Shown here one piece after another: positions 1 to 9,400 of a stretch of 64,000 nt of DNA. Within the stretch, counting starts at the first letter, position 1, and each line of letters starts with the position of its first letter. A program made the translations under genes and the position numbers. The notes beneath the pieces are model-generated. The model did not search any database, had not been told where the DNA came from, and was given only the letters and a program-made list of their open reading frames with translations. The stretch comes from Tubulanus polymorphus (lineage: Eukaryota > Animalia > Nemertea): assembly GCF_964204645.1 (NCBI RefSeq), contig NC_134028.1, forward strand, positions 124,001 through 188,000, in the 5' to 3' direction.

Positions 1-282
1 CTATCATTTCAGATCGAGTCCATCATCTTCAGGAGCATAAATAGCCAGAAAATTCTTAATCTTTCCACCTATCTATTTGAAATCAGTTCAATACGCCTTA
101 GCCCATCTTTTCAGATTGAGTCCATCATCTTCAGAACCAAAGGCAGCCAGAAAATTCTGATTCTTTCCACCTATCTATTTGAAATCAGTTCAGTTCACCA
201 TAACTCATCAATTAAGATAGAATTCATCATCTTTAGGACCCTATTTTGCAAGAAAAATCTGTATCTTTCAGTCCATCTACTC

Positions 283-486
283 GAAATCAGTTCAGTTTAC
301 CTTAACCTATCATTTCAGATCGAGTCCATCATCTTCAGGAGCATAAATAACCAGAAGATTCTTAATCTTTCAACCTATCTGTTTGAAATCAGTTCAGTAC
401 ACCCTAACCCATCAATTAAGATAGAATTCATCATCTTTAGGACCCTATTTTGCAAGAAAAATCTGTATCTTTCAGTCCATCTACTC
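283..486. repeat. Representative 204-bp dimeric HOR variant A-C (B monomer missing)
   Basis: A at 283 is followed directly by C at 385. The same arrangement occurs at 2119-2322, 2935-3138, 22723-22926 and many other sites. Confidence 0.95.
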
Positions 487-1098
487 GAAATCAGTTCAGT
501 TTACCTTAACCTATCATTTCAGATCGAGTCCATCATCTTCAGGAGCATAAATAACCAGAAAATTCTTAATCTTTCCACCTATCTATTTGAAATCAGTTCA
601 ATACGCCTTAGCCCATCTTTTCAGATTCAGTCCATCATCTTCAGAACCAAAGGCAGCCTGAAAATTCTTAATCTTTCCACCTATCTGATTGAAATCAGTT
701 CAGTTCACCCTAACCCATCAATTTAGATAGAATTCATCATCTTTAGGACCCTATTTTGCAAGAAAAACCTGTATCTTTCAGTCCATCTGCTCGAAATCAG
801 TTCAGTTTACCATAACCTATCATTTCAGATCGAGTCCATCATCTTCAGGAGCATAAATAGCCAGAAAATTCTTAATCTTTCCACCTATCTATTTGAAATC
901 AGTTCAATACGCCTTAACACATCTTTTCAGATTGAATCCATCATCTTCAGAACCAAAAGCAGCCAGAAAATTCTGATTCTTTCAACCTATCTATTTGAAA
1001 TCAGTTCAGTACACCCTAACCCATCAATTAAGATAGAACTCATCATCTTTAGGACCCTATTTTGCAAGAAAAATCTGTATCTTTCAGTCCATCTGCTC

Positions 1099-1404
1099 GA
1101 AATCAGTTCAGTTTACCTTAACCTATCATTTCAGATCGAGTCCATCATCTTCAGGAGCATAAATAGCCAGAAAATTCTTAATCTTTCCACCTATCTATTT
1201 GAAATCAGTTCAATACGCCTTAACACATCTTTTCAGATTGAATCCATCATCTTCAGAACCAAAAGCAGCCAGAAAATTCTTAATCTTTCAACCTATCTAT
1301 TTGAAATCAGTTCAGTACACCCTAACCCATCAATTAAGATAGAATTCATCATCTTTAGGACCCTATTTTGCAAGAAAAATCTGTATCTTTCAGTCCATCT
1401 ACTC
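1099..1404. repeat. Representative 306-bp trimeric higher-order repeat A-B-C (dominant unit of the array)
   Basis: A 1099-1200 (GAAATCAGTTCAGTTTACCTTAACCTATC...AGGAGCATAAATAGCC), B 1201-1302 (GAAATCAGTTCAATACGCC...AGAACCAAAAGCAGCC), C 1303-1404 (GAAATCAGTTCAGTACACCCTAACCC...AGGACCCTATTTTGCAAG). Hand-counted differences between common variants are A/B 16, A/C 25 and B/C 28 of 102 nt. Same-type copies differ by only a few nt. Confidence 0.97.
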
Positions 1405-4400
1405 GAAATCAGTTCAGTTTACCTTAACCTATCATTTCAGATCGAGTCCATCATCTTCAGGAGCATAAATAGCCAGAAAATTCTTAATCTTTCCACCTAT
1501 CTATTTGAAATCAGTTCAATACGCCTTAGCCCATCTTTTCAGATTGAATCCATCATCTTCAGAACCAAAAGCAGCCAGAAAATTCTGATTCTTTCAACCT
1601 ATCTATTTGAAATCAGTTCAGTACACCCTAACCCATCAATTAAGATAGAATTCATCATCTTTAGGACCCTATTTTGCAAGAAAAATCTGTATCTTTCAGT
1701 CCATCTACTCGAAATCAGTTCAATTTACCTTAACCTATCATTTCAGATCGAGTCCATCATCTTCAGGAGCATAAATAGCCAGAAAATTCTTAATCTTTCC
1801 ACCTATCTATTTGAAATCAGTTCAATACGCCTTAACACATCTTTTCAGATTGAATCCATCATCTTCAGAACCAAAAGCAGCCAGAAAATTCGTAATCTTT
1901 CAACCTATCTATTTGAAATCAGTTCAATACGCCTTAACCCATCTTTTCAGATTGAGTCCATCATCTTCAGAACCAAAGGCAGCAAGAAAATTCTGATTCT
2001 TTCAACCTATCTATTTGAAATCAGTTCAGTACACCCTTACCCATCAATTAAGATAGAATTCATCATCTTTAGGACCCTATTTTGCAAGAAAAATCTGTAT
2101 CTTTCAGTCCATCTACTCGAAATCAGTTCAGTTTACCTTAACCTATAATTTCAGATCGAGTCCATCATCTTCAGGAGCATAAATAACCAGAAAATTCTTA
2201 ATCTTTCCACCTATCTATTTGAAATCAGTTCAGTAAACCCTAACCCATCAATTAAGATAGAACTCATCATCTTTAGGACCCTATTTTGAAAGAAAAATCT
2301 GTATCTTTCAGTCCATCTGCTCGAAATCAGTTCAGTTTACCTTAACCTATCATTTCAGATCGAGTCCATCATCTTCAGGAGCATGAATAGCCAGAAAATT
2401 CTTAATCTTTCCACCTATCCATTTGAAATCAGTTCAATACGCCTTAACCCATCTTTTCAGATTGAATCCATCATCTTCAGAACCAAAAGCAGCCAGAAAT
2501 TGCTGATTCTTTCAACCTATCTATTTGAAATCAGTTCAGTACACCCTAACCCATCAATTAAGATAGAACTCATCATCTTTAGGACCCTATTTTGCAAGAA
2601 AAATCTGTATCTTTTAGTCCATCAGCTCGAAATCAGTTCAGTTTACCTTAACCTATCATTTCAGATCGAGTCCATCATCTTCAGGAGCATAAATAGCCAG
2701 AAAATTCTTAATCTTTCCACCTATCTATTTGAAATCAGTTCAATACGCCTTAGCCCATCTTTTCAGATTGAGTCCATCATCTTCAGAACCAAAGGCAGCC
2801 AGAAAATTCTGATTCTTTCCACCCATCTATTTGAAATCAGTTCAGTTCACCCTAACCCATCAATTAAGGTAGAATTCATCATCTTTAGGACCCTATTTTG
2901 CAAGAAAAATCTGTATCTATCAGTCCATCTACTCGAAATCAGTTCAGTCTACCTTAACCTATCATTTCAGATCGAGTCCATCATCTTCAGGAGCATAAAT
3001 AGCCACGAAATTCTTAATCTTTCAACCTATCTGTTTGAAATTAGTTCAGTACACCCTAACCCATCAATTAAGATAGAATTCATCATCTTTAGGACCCTAT
3101 TTTGCAAGAAAAATCTGTATCTTTCAGTCCATCTACTCGAAATCAGTTCAGTTTACCTTAACCTATCATTTCAGATCGAGTCCATCATCTTCAGGAGCAT
3201 AAATAACCAGAAAATTCTTAATCTTTCCACCTATCTATTTGAAATCAGTTCAATACGCCTTAGCCCATCTTTTCAGATTCAGTCCATCATCTTCAGAACC
3301 AAAGGCAGCCAGAAAATTCTTAATCTTTCCACCTATCTGTTTGAAATCAGTTCAGTTCACCCTAACCCATCAATTTAGATAGAATTCATCATCTTTAGGA
3401 CCCTATTTTGCAAGAAAAACCTGTATCTTTCAGTCCATCTGCTCGAAATTAGTTCAGTTTACCTTAACCTATCATTTCAGATCGAGTCCATCATCTTCAG
3501 GAGCATAAATAGCCAGAAAATTCTTAATCTTTCCACCTATCTATTTGAAATCAGTTCAATACGCCTTAGCCCATCTTTTCAGATTGAATCCATCATCTTC
3601 AGAACCAAAAGCAGCCAGAAAATTCTTAATCTTTCAACCTATCTATTTGAAATCAGTTCAGTACACCCTAACCCATCAATTAAGATAGAATTCATCATCT
3701 TTAGGACCCTATTTTGCAAGAAAAATCTGTATCTTTCAGTCCATCTACTCGAAATCAGTTCAGTTTACCTTAACCTATCATTTCAGATCGAGTCCATCAT
3801 CTTCAGGAGCATAAATAGCCAGAAAATTCTTAATCTTTCCACCTATCTATTTGAAATCAGTTCAATACGCCTTAGCCCATCTTTTCAGATTGAATCCATC
3901 ATCTTCAGAACCAAAAGCAGCCAGAAAATTCTGATTCTTTCAACCTATCTATTTGAAATCAGTTCAGTACACCCTAACCCATCAATTAAGATAGAATTCA
4001 TCATCTTTAGGACCCTATTTTGCAAGAAAAATCTGTATCTTTCAGTCCATCTACTCGAAATCAGTTCAATTTACCTTAACCTATCATTTCAGATCGAGTC
4101 CATCATCTTCAGGAGCATAAATAGCCAGAAAATTCTTAATCTTTCCACCTATCTATTTGAAATCAGTTCAATACGCCTTAACACATCTTTTCAGATTGAA
4201 TCCATCATCTTCAGAACCAAAAGCAGCCAGAAAATTCGTAATCTTTCAACCTATCTATTTGAAATCAGTTCAATACGCCTTAACCCATCTTTTCAGATTG
4301 AGTCCATCATCTTCAGAACCAAAGGCAGCAAGAAAATTCTGATTCTTTCAACCTATCTATTTGAAATCAGTTCAGTACACCCTTACCCATCAATTAAGAT

Positions 4401-5921
4401 AGAATTCATCATCTTTAGGACCCTATTTTGCAAGAAAAATCTGTATCTTTCAGTCCATCTACTCGAAATCAGTTCAGTTTACCTTAACCTATAATTTCAG
4501 ATCGAGTCCATCATCTTCAGGAGCATAAATAACCAGAAAATTCTTAATCTTTCCACCTATCTATTTGAAATCAGTTCAGTAAACCCTAACCCATCAATTA
4601 AGATAGAACTCATCATCTTTAGGACCCTATTTTGAAAGAAAAATCTGTATCTTTCAGTCCATCTGCTCGAAATCAGTTCAGTTTACCTTAACCTATCATT
4701 TCAGATCGAGTCCATCATCTTCAGGAGCATGAATAGCCAGAAAATTCTTAATCTTTCCACCTATCCATTTGAAATCAGTTCAATACGCCTTAACCCATCT
4801 TTTCAGATTGAATCCATCATCTTCAGAACCAAAAGCAGCCAGAAATTGCTGATTCTTTCAACCTATCTATTTGAAATCAGTTCAGTACACCCTAACCCAT
4901 CAATTAAGATAGAACTCATCATCTTTAGGACCCTATTTTGCAAGAAAAATCTGTATCTTTTAGTCCATCAGCTCGAAATCAGTTCAGTTTACCTTAACCT
5001 ATCATTTCAGATCGAGTCCATCATCTTCAGGAGCATAAATAGCCAGAAAATTCTTAATCTTTCCACCTATCTATTTAAAATCAGTTCAATACGCCTTAGC
5101 CCATCTTTTCAGATTGAGTCCATCATCTTCAGAACCAAAGGCAGCCAGAAAATTCTGATTCTTTCCACCCATCTATTTGAAATCAGTTCAGTTCACCCTA
5201 ACCCATCAATTAAGGTAGAATTCATCATCTTTAGGACCCTATTTTGCAAGAAAAATCTGTATCTATCAGTCCATCTACTCGAAATCAGTTCAGTCTACCT
5301 TAACCTATCATTTCAGATCGAGTCCATCATCTTCAGGAGCATAAATAGCCACGAAATTCTTAATCTTTCAACCTATCTGTTTGAAATTAGTTCAGTACAC
5401 CCTAACCCATCAATTAAGATAGAATTCATCATCTTTAGGACCCTATTTTGCAAGAAAAATCTGTATCTTTCAGTCCATCTACTCGAAATCAGTTCAGTTT
5501 ACCTTAACCTATCATTTCAGATCGAGTCCATCATCTTCAGGAGCATAAATAACCAGAAAATTCTTAATCTTTCCACCTATCTATTTGAAATCAGTTCAAT
5601 ACGCCTTAGCCCATCTTTTCAGATTCAGTCCATCATCTTCAGAACCAAAGGCAGCCAGAAAATTCTTAATCTTTCCACCTATCTGTTTGAAATCAGTTCA
5701 GTTCACCCTAACCCATCAATTTAGATAGAATTCATCATCTTTAGGACCCTATTTTGCAAGAAAAACCTGTATCTTTCAGTCCATCTGCTCGAAATTAGTT
5801 CAGTTTACCTTAACCTATCATTTCAGATCGAGTCCATCATCTTCAGGAGCATAAATAGCCAGAAAATTCTTAATCTTTCCACCTATCTATTTGAAATCAG
5901 TTCAATACGCCTTAGCCCATC
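1230..5921. repeat. Tandem duplication of a 2346-bp (23-monomer) super-HOR block; third copy at about 7044-9400
   Basis: ORF starts are 1811/4157/7625 and 2383/4729/8197. The rare variants ATTCGTAATC, CCTATAATT, GTAAACCC, TTTTGAAAG, GCATGAAT and AAATTGCTG recur in the same order at offset 2346. Boundaries are approximate. Confidence 0.9.
1711..2118. repeat. Representative 408-bp tetrameric HOR variant A-B-B-C (B monomer duplicated)
   Basis: A 1711, B 1813, B 1915, C 2017. Each of the 21 61-aa ORFs in the supplied track starts 2 nt before such a B-B pair and so marks these tetramers. Confidence 0.95.
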
Positions 5922-8900
5922 TTTTCAGATTGAGTCCATCATCTTCAGAACCAAAGGCAGCCAGAAAATTCTGATTCTTTCCACCTATCTATTTGAAATC
6001 AGTTCAGTTCACCATAACTCATCAATTAAGATAGAATTCATCATCTTTAGGACCCTATTTTGCAAGAAAAATCTGTATCTTTCAGTCCATCTACTCGAAA
6101 TCAGTTCAGTTTACCTTAACCTATCATTTCAGATCGAGTCCATCATCTTCAGGAGCATAAATAACCAGAAGATTCTTAATCTTTCAACCTATCTGTTTGA
6201 AATCAGTTCAGTACACCCTAACCCATCAATTAAGATAGAATTCATCATCTTTAGGACCCTATTTTGCAAGAAAAATCTGTATCTTTCAGTCCATCTACTC
6301 GAAATCAGTTCAGTTTACCTTAACCTATCATTTCAGATCGAGTCCATCATCTTCAGGAGCATAAATAACCAGAAAATTCTTAATCTTTCCACCTATCTAT
6401 TTGAAATCAGTTCAATACGCCTTAGCCCATCTTTTCAGATTCAGTCCATCATCTTCAGAACCAAAGGCAGCCTGAAAATTCTTAATCTTTCCACCTATCT
6501 GATTGAAATCAGTTCAGTTCACCCTAACCCATCAATTTAGATAGAATTCATCATCTTTAGGACCCTATTTTGCAAGAAAAACCTGTATCTTTCAGTCCAT
6601 CTGCTCGAAATCAGTTCAGTTTACCATAACCTATCATTTCAGATCGAGTCCATCATCTTCAGGAGCATAAATAGCCAGAAAATTCTTAATCTTTCCACCT
6701 ATCTATTTGAAATCAGTTCAATACGCCTTAACACATCTTTTCAGATTGAATCCATCATCTTCAGAACCAAAAGCAGCCAGAAAATTCTGATTCTTTCAAC
6801 CTATCTATTTGAAATCAGTTCAGTACACCCTAACCCATCAATTAAGATAGAACTCATCATCTTTAGGACCCTATTTTGCAAGAAAAATCTGTATCTTTCA
6901 GTCCATCTGCTCGAAATCAGTTCAGTTTACCTTAACCTATCATTTCAGATCGAGTCCATCATCTTCAGGAGCATAAATAGCCAGAAAATTCTTAATCTTT
7001 CCACCTATCTATTTGAAATCAGTTCAATACGCCTTAACACATCTTTTCAGATTGAATCCATCATCTTCAGAACCAAAAGCAGCCAGAAAATTCTTAATCT
7101 TTCAACCTATCTATTTGAAATCAGTTCAGTACACCCTAACCCATCAATTAAGATAGAATTCATCATCTTTAGGACCCTATTTTGCAAGAAAAATCTGTAT
7201 CTTTCAGTCCATCTACTCGAAATCAGTTCAGTTTACCTTAACCTATCATTTCAGATCGAGTCCATCATCTTCAGGAGCATAAATAGCCAGAAAATTCTTA
7301 ATCTTTCCACCTATCTATTTGAAATCAGTTCAATACGCCTTAGCCCATCTTTTCAGATTGAATCCATCATCTTCAGAACCAAAAGCAGCCAGAAAATTCT
7401 GATTCTTTCAACCTATCTATTTGAAATCAGTTCAGTACACCCTAACCCATCAATTAAGATAGAATTCATCATCTTTAGGACCCTATTTTGCAAGAAAAAT
7501 CTGTATCTTTCAGTCCATCTACTCGAAATCAGTTCAATTTACCTTAACCTATCATTTCAGATCGAGTCCATCATCTTCAGGAGCATAAATAGCCAGAAAA
7601 TTCTTAATCTTTCCACCTATCTATTTGAAATCAGTTCAATACGCCTTAACACATCTTTTCAGATTGAATCCATCATCTTCAGAACCAAAAGCAGCCAGAA
7701 AATTCGTAATCTTTCAACCTATCTATTTGAAATCAGTTCAATACGCCTTAACCCATCTTTTCAGATTGAGTCCATCATCTTCAGAACCAAAGGCAGCAAG
7801 AAAATTCTGATTCTTTCAACCTATCTATTTGAAATCAGTTCAGTACACGCTTACCCATCAATTAAGATAGAATTCATCATCTTTAGGACCCTATTTTGCA
7901 AGAAAAATCTGTATCTTTCAGTCCATCTACTCGAAATCAGTTCAGTTTACCTTAACCTATAATTTCAGATCGAGTCCATCATCTTCAGGAGCATAAATAA
8001 CCAGAAAATTCTTAATCTTTCCACCTATCTATTTGAAATCAGTTCAGTAAACCCTAACCCATCAATTAAGATAGAACTCATCATCTTTAGGACCCTATTT
8101 TGAAAGAAAAATCTGTATCTTTCAGTCCATCTGCTCGAAATCAGTTCAGTTTACCTTAACCTATCATTTCAGATCGAGTCCATCATCTTCAGGAGCATGA
8201 ATAGCCAGAAAATTCTTAATCTTTCCACCTATCCATTTGAAATCAGTTCAATACGCCTTAACCCATCTTTTCAGATTGAATCCATCATCTTCAGAACCAA
8301 AAGCAGCCAGAAATTGCTGATTCTTTCAACCTATCTATTTGAAATCAGTTCAGTACACCCTAACCCATCAATTAAGATAGAACTCATCATCTTTAGGACC
8401 CTATTTTGCAAGAAAAATCTGTATCTTTTAGTCCATCAGCTCGAAATCAGTTCAGTTTACCTTAACCTATCATTTCAGATCGAGTCCATCATCTTCAGGA
8501 GCATAAATAGCCAGAAAATTCTTAATCTTTCCACCTATCTATTTGAAATCAGTTCAATACGCCTTAGCCCATCTTTTCAGATTGAGTCCATCATCTTCAG
8601 AACCAAAGGCAGCCAGAAAATTCTGATTCTTTCCACCCATCTATTTGAAATCAGTTCAGTTCACCCTAACCCATCAATTAAGGTAGAATTCATCATCTTT
8701 AGGACCCTATTTTGCAAGAAAAATCTGTATCTATCAGTCCATCTACTCGAAATCAGTTCAGTCTACCTTAACCTATCATTTCAGATCGAGTCCATCATCT
8801 TCAGGAGCATAAATAGCCACGAAATTCTTAATCTTTCAACCTATCTGTTTGAAATTAGTTCAGTACACCCTAACCCATCAATTAAGATAGAATTCATCAT

Positions 8901-9400
8901 CTTTAGGACCCTATTTTGCAAGAAAAATCTGTATCTTTCAGTCCATCTACTCGAAATCAGTTCAGTTTACCTTAACCTATCATTTCAGATCGAGTCCATC
9001 ATCTTCAGGAGCATAAATAACCAGAAAATTCTTAATCTTTCCACCTATCTATTTGAAATCAGTTCAATACGCCTTAGCCCATCTTTTCAGATTCAGTCCA
9101 TCATCTTCAGAACCAAAGGCAGCCAGAAAATTCTTAATCTTTCCACCTATCTGTTTGAAATCAGTTCAGTTCACCCTAACCCATCAATTTAGATAGAATT
9201 CATCATCTTTAGGACCCTATTTTGCAAGAAAAACCTGTATCTTTCAGTCCATCTGCTCGAAATTAGTTCAGTTTACCTTAACCTATCATTTCAGATCGAG
9301 TCCATCATCTTCAGGAGCATAAATAGCCAGAAAATTCTTAATCTTTCCACCTATCTATTTGAAATCAGTTCAATACGCCTTAGCCCATCTTTTCAGATTG
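5815..9400. repeat. Near-identical copy of 1 to about 3585 (offset 5814 = 57 monomers; underlying unit 3468 bp = 34 monomers)
   Basis: CATAACTC occurs at 199, 6013 and 9481. The CCTG variant of CAGCCAG occurs at 657 and 6471. ORF starts are 1811 and 7625. Confidence 0.9.

Noticed and set aside
401-410. True telomere or interstitial telomeric array
   Set aside because: There are never more than two CCCTAA-like units in a row, and the motif is embedded in the satellite monomer.
436-448. TAGG-AC-CCTA micro-palindrome in monomer C as a hairpin or terminator
   Set aside because: A 4-bp stem with a 2-nt loop is too weak and is expected by chance.
1099-1404. TALE, TPR, ankyrin or PPR repeat gene suggested by the 102-bp (34-codon) period
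   Set aside because: No frame I translated shows the TALE (LTPEQVVAIAS), TPR or ankyrin consensus. The match is in length only.
1811-1996. Twenty-one 61-aa ORFs MKSVQYALTHLF...
   Set aside because: They start at TTG of TTTGAAATC and exist only because a B-B pair postpones the stop. They mark tetrameric HOR variants, not genes.
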